A program made the position numbers and the translations under genes. From contig OZ241981.1 of the NCBI GenBank assembly GCA_965204345.1, positions 1,856,001 to 1,920,000 of the forward strand: a stretch of 64,000 bases of DNA, written 5' to 3'. Shown one piece after another: positions 1 to 10,127 of this stretch; the stretch's first letter is position 1, and each line of letters begins with the position of its first letter. The notes under the pieces were generated by a model. That model was not told where the DNA came from. It saw only the letters and a list, made by a program, of their open reading frames with translations, and made no database searches. This stretch comes from Nitrosopumilus sp. (GTDB lineage: Archaea; Thermoproteota; Nitrososphaeria; Nitrososphaerales; Nitrosopumilaceae).

Positions 1-822
1 ATTGTAAAAAATGGACTAAAACATTTTGCAGGACAGCCCCTAGATGTAATTTTAATTGATACTGCAGGTCGTCATAAAGAAGAAAAGGATTTACTTGAAG
101 AAATGGACAAGATAAACAAAGTTACAGATCCTGATTTGGCTTTGCTTGTCATTGATGGCACCATTGGGCAACAGTGTTTTAGTCAAGCAGAAGCATTTCA
201 CAAGACGATTCCTGTGGGCGGCGTGGTTGTCACTAAATTGGATAGCTCTGCTAACGGTGGGGGTGCACTTGCTGCATCAGCTGCTACTGGTGCACAAATA
301 ATGTACATAGGAACCGGAGAACGAATTGATGATTTGGAAAAATTCTCTCCTACCAGATTTGTTGGGCGACTGCTTGGGATGGGTGATATTCAAGCTGTAT
401 TGGATTTGGCCAAGCGTTTGGAAGATGAGGGTAATGATGTCCGAATGAAAAGAATTTCCAGTGGAAAAATGAACATGGATGATTTCTTTTATCAGTTAGA
501 GGAAGTTACAAAGGTTGGTTCCTTACAAGGACTTCTTGATAGCATGCCTGGTCTTTCTGGAATGGTAAAAAATGATCAAGTAGATCAGCTGGAAGGCAGG
601 GTCTCAAAATGGCGATACATCATTCAAAGTATGACTATCGCAGAAAAGGCAGATCCTAGCTTATTAGGATCATCTCGAGTTAAAAGAATAGCTCGTGGAT
701 CTGGCTGGCCTGAAAGTGAAGTTAAAGAACTACTTAAAAATTACAAAAGTTCTAAGAACATGATGAAGGCCTCCAAAGGTCGTCAAATGCAAGGAACCCT
801 TAGAAAAATGGGTTTGGGGTAA
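1..822 (+). CDS. srp54: Signal recognition particle GTPase SRP54 (5'-partial; frame open from base 1)
   Basis: Frame 1 from base 1 reads ...[11 protein letters not shown] (GTPase G3). Also [29 protein letters not shown] and a Met-rich M domain ([11 protein letters not shown]). Confidence 0.97.
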   Translation: MVKNGLKHFAGQPLDVILIDTAGRHKEEKDLLEEMDKINKVTDPDLALLVIDGTIGQQCFSQAEAFHKTIPVGGVVVTKLDSSANGGGALAASAATGAQIMYIGTGERIDDLEKFSPTRFVGRLLGMGDIQAVLDLAKRLEDEGNDVRMKRISSGKMNMDDFFYQLEEVTKVGSLQGLLDSMPGLSGMVKNDQVDQLEGRVSKWRYIIQSMTIAEKADPSLLGSSRVKRIARGSGWPESEVKELLKNYKSSKNMMKASKGRQMQGTLRKMGLG

Positions 823-846
823 TTTTTTCATACTTTTTAATCAAGC

Positions 847-1989
847 ATGTCTAGTTATTCACAGATTGTTCCTCTTGCAAATAAAATTAGCAAGAAATAT
901 GACTTGTGTGATCATTGTCTGGGAAGATTGTTTTCAAAACAATTGCGCCTTTCATCAAACAGACTACTAGGCAAGAGATTAAAAAAAAGTATTTGTGCTA
1001 CCAAAAGGTGCTATATCTGTAAAAACCTGTTTGATAACCTAGGTTATTTCTTACAATTAATGCTTGATGCCTCGTATGGTTATTCCTTTTCTTCATTTGG
1101 TGTAGGTGCAATCATCAAACCCTCCATTGTTGATCGAGATGATCTTATCAGATCCCAATACAAACTCAAGGGCATTGATAGCATAAAGACTGACATTACT
1201 AAAGAACTGGGAAAATTATTTTCAAGGAAGACAAAAACAGTGCTTGATCATCTTGATTCTGAGATTACCTTTACTGTGAATTTCAAGGACGAATCATGCG
1301 AATTGCGCTCAAAGTCCATTACTATTTCGGGACGATATGTAAAAACACAACGCGGCTATCTGCAAAAACAAAAATCATGCGCTAATTGTTGGGGAAAGGG
1401 CTGCAGAATTTGTAACTTTCATGGCATTTCTGAATTTAACAGCGTTGAGGGAGTAATCTCTCAGTTTATCTTTAGCAAATTTGGAGGAACAACTGCCAAA
1501 TTTACCTGGATTGGTGGCGAAGATAAATCCAGTCTGGTTTTAGGACGTGGAAGACCGTTTTTTATCAAACTACAAAACCCTGTCAAAAGAAAAGCAAGAC
1601 TGTCTGATGCTGATTTTGCTCCAATAAAAATAACTAATTTAAAATTGGTTGCAGAATCCCCCAAAAGATCTCTATCCTTCATCTCCACTATACGCATAAA
1701 AATTTCTACAGAATCACAGCTTGATTCAGCATCTTTGAAAAAATTAAAGGATTTACCTATACATCCCACTATAGTTTATGATAAATCCGGTAAACGATCT
1801 GAGAAGAAAATTTTTGAGGTGCACTATAAGAGGAATTCGCCAAATCTTTTTACGTTAACTATTAGGGCTGAGGGAGGACTGCCTGTCAAAAAATTTGTAC
1901 AAAGTGACACTGTTGTTCCTGGAATCTCCCATATCCTTGGTGTTTCGTGCATGTGCCAGGAATTTGATTTTCTAGATGTTAAGGTGTAA
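847..1989 (+). CDS. pus10: Pus10-family tRNA pseudouridine(54/55) synthase-like protein (divergent active site)
   Basis: N-terminal CDHCLGR and CYIC Zn motifs, GRYVK, GGEDxxSLVLGRGRPF. Lies directly after srp54. Confidence 0.85.
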   Translation: MSSYSQIVPLANKISKKYDLCDHCLGRLFSKQLRLSSNRLLGKRLKKSICATKRCYICKNLFDNLGYFLQLMLDASYGYSFSSFGVGAIIKPSIVDRDDLIRSQYKLKGIDSIKTDITKELGKLFSRKTKTVLDHLDSEITFTVNFKDESCELRSKSITISGRYVKTQRGYLQKQKSCANCWGKGCRICNFHGISEFNSVEGVISQFIFSKFGGTTAKFTWIGGEDKSSLVLGRGRPFFIKLQNPVKRKARLSDADFAPIKITNLKLVAESPKRSLSFISTIRIKISTESQLDSASLKKLKDLPIHPTIVYDKSGKRSEKKIFEVHYKRNSPNLFTLTIRAEGGLPVKKFVQSDTVVPGISHILGVSCMCQEFDFLDVKV

Positions 1990-2026
1990 TGATAACAATT
2001 AACTAGCAGCAAATCCTGTCAATATC

Positions 2027-2119
2027 ATGCCAATGAGAAAAAAAGGTAAACATCAAAGACATGCTGATCAAAGAGCTGATACACGCAAAAAAAAGAAAGC
2101 CGGAAAACCACGTTCCTGA
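2027..2119 (+). CDS. 30-aa very basic micropeptide (MPMRKKGKHQRHADQRADTRKKKKAGKPRS)
   Basis: ATG at 2027, TGA at 2117-2119. Fills the gap between two co-oriented genes; strongly K/R/H biased. Confidence 0.55.
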   Translation: MPMRKKGKHQRHADQRADTRKKKKAGKPRS

Positions 2120-2158
2120 TCTAATCAACCTTTTTACATTCAAAATTATCGAGAGTTA

Positions 2159-2869
2159 GTGTTGGATCCCTTAGTACGTCTCAAGGATGCCCATTCTAAA
2201 GGAATTATTCCTGATGATGTTTTTGATTTGGCCATCAAGCGATTTCCCATCACTATTGCAGGAATCAATAGAATTGAAAAGGCATCCGGGATTCGGTATC
2301 CTGTAGCATATGTTGAACCTTCTCTTGTACTTTCCTCACCTAGCCCCAATTCGTATGAATTTGGAATTTTATTTGCAAGAACAATTCCTGTAGTGTTTGA
2401 AGAAAAGTTTCAGGTTGTAATTCAAATTTCTGCCCCCCTAATTGCATACGGACTCAAGGGTACCATCCATGCAATTTTGGCCCATGAGTTTTTACATTTT
2501 TTAGATTTGATGCGTAAAATATCAAAGATGGAGTTGGTATCTGATGAAATCTCTGGAAATTTATTTGAAAATGTGTACAGTGATGAAACTAGATTGTTTG
2601 AGCCTAGAGCAGTTTTCAAAGATCGTACGCTGTTAAATCACATCACAAAAAAATTCCCTGCAGGATTTCGTGATTTTAAGCTTGAAGACAAGGTTATGAA
2701 ATTTTGGGCCGATAGAAACCTTCCAAAATCTAACATATCTTTGGATGCTAATAATGTGAAATTATCTGCCGAATCCATCTCAAAAATTAAACTTGATCCT
2801 GCATTTGTTTCAAAGTTGGAGCAATTAAAAGTCAAAAGTTCCAAACTTCATAAAAAAAGACTCTACTAA
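2159..2869 (+). CDS. Hypothetical protein with HEXXH (zincin-like) motif
   Basis: 236-aa ORF containing ILAHEFLH. Confidence 0.75.
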   Translation: MLDPLVRLKDAHSKGIIPDDVFDLAIKRFPITIAGINRIEKASGIRYPVAYVEPSLVLSSPSPNSYEFGILFARTIPVVFEEKFQVVIQISAPLIAYGLKGTIHAILAHEFLHFLDLMRKISKMELVSDEISGNLFENVYSDETRLFEPRAVFKDRTLLNHITKKFPAGFRDFKLEDKVMKFWADRNLPKSNISLDANNVKLSAESISKIKLDPAFVSKLEQLKVKSSKLHKKRLY

Positions 2870-3263
2870 ACCTCATCAAAAATGAAAGTTTGTCTAAATG
2901 ACTTGAATCCTAATTTATGAAATGGTGGTGTTCATCGTCATCTTCTCTGATATGCCGAAACTTTTTCTGTACTCTGCAAAAAGCCACTTGGTTTCTTTAA
3001 AATTGGCATTCATGCCGATAAACGATGTGCCTTTATTGCATCCCAAAATGATGCTGATTCTTTTTTTAAGAAACTCAAAGAAACTGTCTCTTTATAATCT
3101 GCAATAGAATTATTTTCATATTTTTCTGTATATGACCCAAAACAGCTTCTGATTGAACTTGAACCAAAGCGCTCCAAACTAGATATGCATTGGGTTTTCA
3201 ATGCGTGATAATGTTTCCCACGAAAATGAAGATGACCGTTTTCTCTGAAATTATAAAATGATA

Positions 3264-3449
3264 CTATTGATTAAATTCTGTGAGTCCACATTTGCCACAG
3301 GTGTTTCTGTCTTTGTGCTGTGCCATAAAAGTCCCCTTTCCGCATCTGGAACAAACCTTTCTTGTTGCTGATGCCTTGTCTCCGTCTATTTTAAAATAAG
3401 ATGCGATACTGGGGCTGAAACCTTTCTTGCCCTTTTTTTCTACAGGCAT
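3264..3449 (-). CDS. rps27ae: 30S ribosomal protein S27ae
   Basis: CSRCGKGTFMAQHKDRNTCGKCG Zn ribbon; directly downstream of S24e. Confidence 0.96.
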   Translation of the reverse strand: MPVEKKGKKGFSPSIASYFKIDGDKASATRKVCSRCGKGTFMAQHKDRNTCGKCGLTEFNQ

Positions 3450-3922
3450 TATTCAGCTTTCTCCTCTGCCTTTGATTCTTTAGCTGGTGCATCCTCTGCC
3501 TTTGATTCTTTAGCTGGTGCATCCTCTGCCTTTGATTCTTTAGCTGGTGCATCCTCTGCCTTTGATTCTTTAGCTGGTGCATCCTCATCTGCTGCTGCTG
3601 CTGCATCTTTTGCTGCTGCTTCTGCCTCTGCAAGTTTTGCCTTGGTTTTTTCTAATCTTGAAAATATTGTTGGATTGATGTGTTTCTTGGCCAATCCCTC
3701 ATCCTCATAAACAAAGAATGTGCCCGTAACATGAGACTTGCCTACATGAGTCTTTAGTCTCATTGGAATCACCACTTTGCCGTCTAGCTTGAATTCCTTT
3801 GTAACCATGTCTGTTGCTTCAATACTTTTGAGCTTGCCTCCCAGCCCTGCAAAATTGCAAGTCAGTTCCCTTCTAGATAAAAAGCCGTTATCTACGTCTG
3901 TAACTGTCTCAATAATGGACAT
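3449..3922 (-). CDS. rps24e: 30S ribosomal protein S24e with repetitive acidic C-terminal tail
   Basis: NGFLSRRE N-terminal motif; S24e-S27ae gene pair; tail (EDAPAKESKA)x4. Confidence 0.9.
   Translation of the reverse strand: MSIIETVTDVDNGFLSRRELTCNFAGLGGKLKSIEATDMVTKEFKLDGKVVIPMRLKTHVGKSHVTGTFFVYEDEGLAKKHINPTIFSRLEKTKAKLAEAEAAAKDAAAAADEDAPAKESKAEDAPAKESKAEDAPAKESKAEDAPAKESKAEEKAE
3462..3586. repeat. Perfect 30-bp tandem repeat x4 in the S24e tail
   Basis: Unit TCCTCTGCCTTTGATTCTTTAGCTGGTGCA repeated four times. Confidence 0.97.
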
Positions 3923-4004
3923 GTATCAAAAATCTCTGGATATTTCATATAAATCTTGATTGTAATTGCAGAAGAAATTTAAGAAATTCCTTCAAAACTA
4001 TCTC

Positions 4005-4565
4005 ATGGAACGTTATTTGCTACATTACAAAAATAATGGTTACTTTCCTCAAAACTGCAGGGAGCTTGCACACAAAGCACGAGATCTTGCATCTGAGATG
4101 AATGTCTCAGTTAGGCTTGCTAGGGTTGCTACCAAGTTTATCGAATTTGATGTAGCTGCAAAAAAGGAAGACATAGATGCCCTAGTTAAAACACTGTCCC
4201 CTATTGGGGATATTGACAATGTCAGACATGTAGTTGAGGAGCATATTGAGAAGGACAAGGGTGTTGAAGACGGAATATTTTATTTTAACAATGAGCGGTT
4301 TTGGGAATGTCACGAGGCCTTTGAAGGCGTTTGGAACCAGTGCTATGGCAGGGAAAAAGAACTTGTTCAGGGTATTATTCTAGTTGCAGTTGCATTTGCT
4401 CATCAACAAGAAAACGAAGAGCACATCGGTATTGGAATGTTGCGCAGGGCTCTGGAAAAACTGGGTTCTTCTCCTTCAACATATCATTCAATAGACATTG
4501 ATATGATTAGACAAAATGCCATTAATATGCAGCAAGCAAACAAGCTAACTAGATTTGAGATTTAA
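4005..4565 (+). CDS. DUF309 family protein
   Basis: FNNERFWECHEAFEGVW and VQGIILVAVA are DUF309 signatures. ATG at 4005 preferred over the upstream TTG. Confidence 0.85.
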   Translation: MERYLLHYKNNGYFPQNCRELAHKARDLASEMNVSVRLARVATKFIEFDVAAKKEDIDALVKTLSPIGDIDNVRHVVEEHIEKDKGVEDGIFYFNNERFWECHEAFEGVWNQCYGREKELVQGIILVAVAFAHQQENEEHIGIGMLRRALEKLGSSPSTYHSIDIDMIRQNAINMQQANKLTRFEI

Positions 4566-5835
4566 TCAACTCTAAGGATTTTGTAACCACTTCTGCGCCT
4601 TCTAGCAGTCCAATGCTTCCTTTCCTTGCCTGTTCTTCAGTCATTCTGGTTGTTCCGTCTTTTTTGATAAAATCTCCTGAGACTACAACCGGAACCGGAT
4701 CATCGCTGTGTCCCTTGTTGATGCATGGTGTTGAATGATCAGCGGAAATTATAATTGCAACCTTGCCTGAATCAACGTTCTCAACTAGCGTTTTAAAGAA
4801 TCTCTGATCAATTTCTTCTATGTTTTTCATTTTGCCTATTGCATCGCCATCATGACCAAACTCATCTGGTCCCTTGAGGTGAACATAGATTGCGTTTTGA
4901 GTCTCCATTGCCTTTGCTGCAACTCGTGCCTTTTCTTCATAATCTGTCAATCCTCCTGCCTCAAATGCCTTCATTTTTAGAACGTCTGAAATCCCGATTT
5001 CCACTGGCATATCTACTATGCATGAGAAATTCATGCCATACTTTTCGTTGATTGGTATGACGTCCGGATACCTGTTGCCTGCATCCCTTAGCAGAATACA
5101 GCTTAGCTGTTTCTTGTCTTGATCTTTTCTTTTTTTGTTAATCAGGCTGTCTTTCATAATTTTTATTGATTTTTCTGAAAACTCATTAATCAGGCTGGCA
5201 GTAAACTTTGAATCCTCCGTATTTTCTAACGGCAGGCATTTCTCAATTTTTAAGAAATCTCCGACAGCCTTTGCCACTCCCATTCCCCCGATGTTACTAT
5301 ATGCCGGGTCCGTATTGGTAATCCTTGAGGATAATCTCTGTGATTCTTTTCTAATTCTTACTGTCACCCTGTGCCCTATTGTTGGGGATACTGCCACTGA
5401 TACGTCAGGTGCTGACAATCTGATTTTTTCCTCAATCTCCTTTGCAATTCCGTCTGCATCCTCTTTTTCAATGTGTCTTCCCGCCCTTCTGTCTATTATT
5501 ACTTGCTCGTCATTTAGTGTCGAATAATTTCCTCTTAATGCCAAGTCTCCGTCCTTAAAATCAATTCCAATGCCTATTGCCTCAATTACTCCTCTGCCGA
5601 CATAATCTGCATGCTTGAATTTGTATCCCAGCATATTAAAAACAGCAATATCTGACTCTGGAGCAATGCCCCTTCCTACCGAAATCACTTCTCCTATCGC
5701 TCCATTACTTGCAATTTTGTCCAGAGTCGGGGTATTTGCAGCCTCCAATGGCGTCTTTCCATCCAAATCCGGATGTGGCAAATCCCCTACTCCGTCTAAG
5801 AGAACATAGACCATCCGAATATCTGAATTATCCAA
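4549..5835 (-). CDS. apgM: 2,3-bisphosphoglycerate-independent phosphoglycerate mutase (archaeal type)
   Basis: LLDGVGD, GKTPLEAANTP, PESD, HLKGPDEFGHDGD, SADHSTP, HSDDPVP. Confidence 0.95.
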   Translation of the reverse strand: MDNSDIRMVYVLLDGVGDLPHPDLDGKTPLEAANTPTLDKIASNGAIGEVISVGRGIAPESDIAVFNMLGYKFKHADYVGRGVIEAIGIGIDFKDGDLALRGNYSTLNDEQVIIDRRAGRHIEKEDADGIAKEIEEKIRLSAPDVSVAVSPTIGHRVTVRIRKESQRLSSRITNTDPAYSNIGGMGVAKAVGDFLKIEKCLPLENTEDSKFTASLINEFSEKSIKIMKDSLINKKRKDQDKKQLSCILLRDAGNRYPDVIPINEKYGMNFSCIVDMPVEIGISDVLKMKAFEAGGLTDYEEKARVAAKAMETQNAIYVHLKGPDEFGHDGDAIGKMKNIEEIDQRFFKTLVENVDSGKVAIIISADHSTPCINKGHSDDPVPVVVSGDFIKKDGTTRMTEEQARKGSIGLLEGAEVVTKSLELIKSQI

Positions 5836-6061
5836 AATATTCCCTGTTTAGTGCAGATCCAATGCTCTCCTTTAAATCTTGCAACATTGTATGCGATCAA
5901 GATAAAATATCTTGCAAATTTGTTTTTGATGATACAAAAGACTGTTTTGATTAGCGTCGCAATCTTGTTTTTGTCTAAATTCCTCAAAGCTTTTTTTAAT
6001 ATTTTGCCTTCCCTTAGATCTTAGTAAACGTTTTAACATACATTTACCTCCATTAACCATT

Positions 6062-7081
6062 ATGGGGGATATGCGCAAGGATTATGTTTCTGAGCGTTTT
6101 ATGATTGTCTCAAAAAAGGGTGATAAAATTATTGATTCAAAGAAATCCCCCTTTGCCCCCGGCAATGAGGCAATGACTAATCCGTCTGTTTTGTCCCTTG
6201 TTGCAAAGGATGGAATGCTACAACGTCTCCAGGACAATGAAGACGAGTCATACGTCAAAGGCTGGGCCATTCGTGTCTTTGAAAGCAAAAATCCTATCGT
6301 CTCAATCAAGGCTGAAAATTCCTACAGTGACAAGCCATTTTACAGCGAACCTGCATATGGATACCATTACATCGTGGTTGCATCTCCTAACGAAAAGGAT
6401 GCTTTTGCAACTCTTGACACTGAGCAGTGGTCAAATGTTCTAGTGGTTGTTCAGGACAGATTAAGATGGCTTTATACACAAAAAGGCGTCACATATGTTT
6501 CAATTTACGGTGATCATGGTGATCTTGCAGGCAACACCAATCCCCACCCACACCTGAATCTGCTGACCTTTTCTACCATACCCCCAGTTATTGAAACAGA
6601 AGCCGAAGCATCCCACAAGATTTTGAATGAAAAAGGCGTCTGTCCCATGTGCCAAACCGTAAATGAAGAGATCGGCGGTCCTAGGCAGGTTCTTCAAACT
6701 GAAGGGTTTATTGCATTTTGTCCCTGGTCTCCTTCCTATCCTTACGAGTTTTGGATTTCTCCCAAAAAACATGCCACTAGCTTCTCAAAAATAACTCAAA
6801 AAGAAATCAATGACCTGTCTTTGATTTTACGCGCCACCTTGGGCGGCCTGTCCAAAACAATCAAAAACGTCTCATACAATCTGGTCTTTCATCTTTCCCC
6901 TGAAAAGAAAAACAGCCGGCAGATTCACTGGCATATTGAAATTTATCCTATCACAAAATCCTGGTCCGGATTGGAACGCGGGTATGGCATTTTTCTAAAT
7001 GACGTATCCCCAGAGCAGGCCGCAGAAAAACTTGGGGCTGCGTGCAGAAAGGAGCTGGCCAATCTTGTTGGAATAGTCTGA
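6062..7081 (+). CDS. GalT-like (HIT superfamily) nucleotidyltransferase
   Basis: SPFAPGNE, HPH motif, CPMC, FCPWSPSYPYEFWISP, HWHIEIYP, GLERGYG. Confidence 0.88.
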   Translation: MGDMRKDYVSERFMIVSKKGDKIIDSKKSPFAPGNEAMTNPSVLSLVAKDGMLQRLQDNEDESYVKGWAIRVFESKNPIVSIKAENSYSDKPFYSEPAYGYHYIVVASPNEKDAFATLDTEQWSNVLVVVQDRLRWLYTQKGVTYVSIYGDHGDLAGNTNPHPHLNLLTFSTIPPVIETEAEASHKILNEKGVCPMCQTVNEEIGGPRQVLQTEGFIAFCPWSPSYPYEFWISPKKHATSFSKITQKEINDLSLILRATLGGLSKTIKNVSYNLVFHLSPEKKNSRQIHWHIEIYPITKSWSGLERGYGIFLNDVSPEQAAEKLGAACRKELANLVGIV

Positions 7082-7123
7082 TCTTTTGAATGGTTTATTT
7101 ATCAACCAAATTAGGTTTAGGTT

Positions 7124-7564
7124 ATGGCAGTAGAAAAATGGCTTGCAGTTACCAGCGTGGCATTATTTGCAATGTTTGCAGGCGAAATGATATCCATCTA
7201 TAACTTTATGATTGTCGTACCTGATGACTTTGAATTTGCAAGGTCTTTTTCTGCTGATCCCAAAATAATCCAGTTTGTTTCAATTGGAGTTGCACCTGCA
7301 GGCGTTTTAGCTGCCGTTGCCTTTATCATGTCAAGACAGTACGGCTCACGACAAATTGGAGGATTGATAATGATTGGCGGCGTGATATTGCTTGCAAGCA
7401 TGCTGGTCTGCTATACCATGTTGGATAAAATTGACGAGATTTACCTTACTGACTCTGTCAAATATGTTCCAATCCTGTTTATTGCGCTCTCTTTTGTCGT
7501 AGTTGGTGTTGGTGCCTTTTTGACAAAACAGAAAAAAAGGCGTCCAAAAAAAGAGTTCTTCTAG
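7124..7564 (+). CDS. Hypothetical 4-TM membrane protein
   Basis: Four hydrophobic segments and a basic C-terminal tail. Confidence 0.75.
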   Translation: MAVEKWLAVTSVALFAMFAGEMISIYNFMIVVPDDFEFARSFSADPKIIQFVSIGVAPAGVLAAVAFIMSRQYGSRQIGGLIMIGGVILLASMLVCYTMLDKIDEIYLTDSVKYVPILFIALSFVVVGVGAFLTKQKKRRPKKEFF

Positions 7565-8001
7565 GCATTATCAAGTCTTAATTCACTGCCTGCTTTTTTA
7601 AATCCCAACTTTTCATAAAACGGCCTTGTGTCATCTGTGCAATCAAGAATTGTCTTGTAACAGCCCCCCCGGTCTCTTGAAATTTCTACTAGGTACTTCA
7701 TAATTTTTTCTCCGATTTTTTGTCCCTGACACTCCTTGCTGACTACAACATCCTCAATGTGTCCCACGGTCCCGCCATTATGGATAAATTTTGATTCTAT
7801 GATGAGTGTTGCAGACCCTACTATTTTTCCTTGCATTTCTGCAACTGCAATGATGTGGTCTGGATTTGCGCTAATCTTCTCAAATATCCTCTCTGCCTTG
7901 TCCCTGTCAATGTCACTTGCCTGTCTTAGCGAGTCCAGTGATTTTAAAAATCCATTCCAGAGATCCTCCTTTTTTAGTTCCCTGATGATTATCTCATTCA
8001 T
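7561..8001 (-). CDS. GNAT acetyltransferase (glucosamine-phosphate N-acetyltransferase-like)
   Basis: KFIHNGGTVGHIEDVVV, QGQKIG, CYKTILDC, FYEKLGF. Confidence 0.9.
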   Translation of the reverse strand: MNEIIIRELKKEDLWNGFLKSLDSLRQASDIDRDKAERIFEKISANPDHIIAVAEMQGKIVGSATLIIESKFIHNGGTVGHIEDVVVSKECQGQKIGEKIMKYLVEISRDRGGCYKTILDCTDDTRPFYEKLGFKKAGSELRLDNA

Positions 8002-8040
8002 TTCTTTCCTCGTTTTTGAGTGTGTTCTTTGGGTGCTTTT

Positions 8041-8638
8041 TCATATGATCATTATTTCCCATGTCTGTAAATCTCTTTTTGTAATGAGACTGGCATCTGA
8101 TTTTTTATTAGTCTTTGCTAGTTTCTTCAATCTTGGCAGAGTCAGGCCCCGGGTTTTGATTTGTATTTTATTAGCAGTTCATTTGTAATCTCTCTTTTTT
8201 CATAAAGCTCATCTATCATGTCTTTTAGCATTTGTGAACCCTCGTATCGTGGCGACGGGCGTATCTTATCCTCGTTATCCCATAGCAATAACAACAGCTT
8301 GCAAACTTGCTCTACGGTGATTGCATTTCCAAGTAGTAAGGTAATTTTATCATGCAGTTGTTTTGTTCCTCTAACCCGTGTCGTATTCATAAATCCAATT
8401 TTTTCATTGGCTGCCAAAATATCATCAGCAGGATGCTGTGAAATTTTGGGTTTAGAAATGCAAATTTTCCAGATGACAGCATTATTTCTTTTTCAAGCAG
8501 CTCCGTTATTGCAGGTTCAAATAACTCTCGTGATGTGTCCATAGTTAGCTTTGCATGCAGTTTGGCTATTGAAATACCTGCTCCATTTTGTAATGCTGTC
8601 TGCAATTCCCGAACTGATTTTTTGCTGATTTCATCCAT
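8041..8638 (-). pseudogene. Probable frameshifted hypothetical gene in three overlapping fragments
   Basis: ORFs 8387-8638 and 8142-8417 overlap, and a third frame ends at 8041. The reading can be joined as ...GKFAF/SKPKISQHPADDILAANEK...KYK/IKTRGLTLPRLKKL. Confidence 0.45.
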
Positions 8639-8729
8639 CCAAGATTCCTGCTAAAGCTGCTGCCCTCATAAATCCTATTTGAAATGTAATTATTTATGTT
8701 TGAAACTGACCTTACCTTAAACTCAAACC

Positions 8730-10031
8730 TTATCCTGTAATTTTTAATAGTTTTTTAATTGTATCCCCTGGCGTTTCTCCAAAAACAATTATCATCGGCT
8801 CTTTTCCAAAATCACCCCTGTGAAAGATTACGTCAGGCGGCATCCTCAATTTTTTGATTGAGTTTTTTACCCCCCATGCAACAGTTGATCCCCTTCTTTT
8901 GTTGTCCCCCGGTTCCTGGGTCCTGTCATAGCTGGTCATTACAAAGTTTGATTTCTTAATTTTATCAATTGTTGAATTTTGATATTTCAAATTTATTGCA
9001 GAGCAGGTCCCTGGAAATTTTTTATTTACTGCCAATAATGCCGTAGCAACGTGCTTGGAACCCCCGTATGCTAGATTGCCTGCAACTATGACCTCCCTTT
9101 CTGCCCTGACTATTCTTCCTGACAATCCCATTACGTCTTTTGTGGATTTGGGATCCCCTTTAGAGTATACAAAATTTGTCTGGCATTCGGGAATGTTCTT
9201 GTAGATATTTTTTATTCTTGTAAACTCGTTTATTGACTGGGCCAGTGCTGATCTTGTTTTATCCTCTTTGTGAATGTCTGTTATCTTGATTCCCCTTCCA
9301 ACTTTTTTTGCATTTCTAATCGAATTAAAAGTAAATTCCCTTGCAAATCTTACCGATTCACGTATGGTTTTCTTGTTTGCAACTGCAAATGTCATCGCTG
9401 CTGAGTAGTTGCATCCGCCTCCGTGGTTTGTATTGCTGATCTTCTCTCCCAAAATCCTGTATCTTTTGTCTTTCTCCAAAACAAGGTCTGCCATCTTGCC
9501 GTTTTTTTCTTCAATTCCCGTGATGACTATATTTTTTGCCCCCATCCCTTGGATATCTTTTGCAATTTTCTCTACTGTGTTTTTAGAGCTGCTTTTTGAG
9601 TTTGATAGTATCCCTGCCTCAAATTTGTTTGGAGTGATCACAGTAGCTAGTGGGATGATGTACTTCCGAAAATCCTTTACTGCCCTGCCTTCAATGAGCA
9701 TTCCGCCTGTTGTTGACTTGATTACTGGATCCACCACGATTGGAATCCTTAATTTTTTTAATTGCTGATGTATGATTTTGATTATCTCTGAATTAAACAC
9801 CATTCCAATTTTAATTCCGCCAACTTTAAAATCAGAGAGGACTGATTCAATCTGATTTTTTAGCATGCTGCTTGATACTGGCTCGACTAGCCCAAAACTT
9901 GACGTGTTCTGAGATGTAATTGCTGTAACTGCCGTTAATACGTGCGTTCCAAACTCCGTAAATGCCTTTACATCGCTTTGAATTCCCGCACCTGATGACG
10001 GATCAGACCCTCCTATGGATAACAGATTCAT
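8730..10031 (-). CDS. thiD: Bifunctional HMP(P) kinase / thiamine-phosphate synthase (ThiD-ThiN fusion)
   Basis: GGSDPSSGAGIQSD, VITPNKFEA, HGGGCNYS. The ThiN domain has IPECQTN, YGGSKHVA and GDFGKEPM. Start placed at MNLLSIGG. Confidence 0.93.
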   Translation of the reverse strand: MNLLSIGGSDPSSGAGIQSDVKAFTEFGTHVLTAVTAITSQNTSSFGLVEPVSSSMLKNQIESVLSDFKVGGIKIGMVFNSEIIKIIHQQLKKLRIPIVVDPVIKSTTGGMLIEGRAVKDFRKYIIPLATVITPNKFEAGILSNSKSSSKNTVEKIAKDIQGMGAKNIVITGIEEKNGKMADLVLEKDKRYRILGEKISNTNHGGGCNYSAAMTFAVANKKTIRESVRFAREFTFNSIRNAKKVGRGIKITDIHKEDKTRSALAQSINEFTRIKNIYKNIPECQTNFVYSKGDPKSTKDVMGLSGRIVRAEREVIVAGNLAYGGSKHVATALLAVNKKFPGTCSAINLKYQNSTIDKIKKSNFVMTSYDRTQEPGDNKRRGSTVAWGVKNSIKKLRMPPDVIFHRGDFGKEPMIIVFGETPGDTIKKLLKITG

Positions 10032-10127
10032 TGGTCTTTGTTGTTTTCTAGCACTAATCTGTATTTCCATTTTGCATGCATGATTTTGCAATACTTGTTT
10101 TATACTTGAAGAGATATCCATTCTCTG

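Noticed and set aside
2870-3263. Short ORFs between the HEXXH gene and rps27ae
   Set aside because: No recognisable family or consistent frame; possibly a decayed remnant.
3999-4012. 13/14 match (TATCTCATGGAACG) between the mini-array guide and the DUF309 start region; also 11/12 at 25026-25037
   Set aside because: Short, includes mismatches at or near the seed, and plausible by chance in AT-rich DNA. Needs a PAM-aware genome-wide test.
5898-5914. Palindrome CAAGATA-AAA-TATCTTG between divergent apgM and galT-like genes
   Set aside because: Could be an operator, but it is a single 7-bp-arm instance with no second copy seen.
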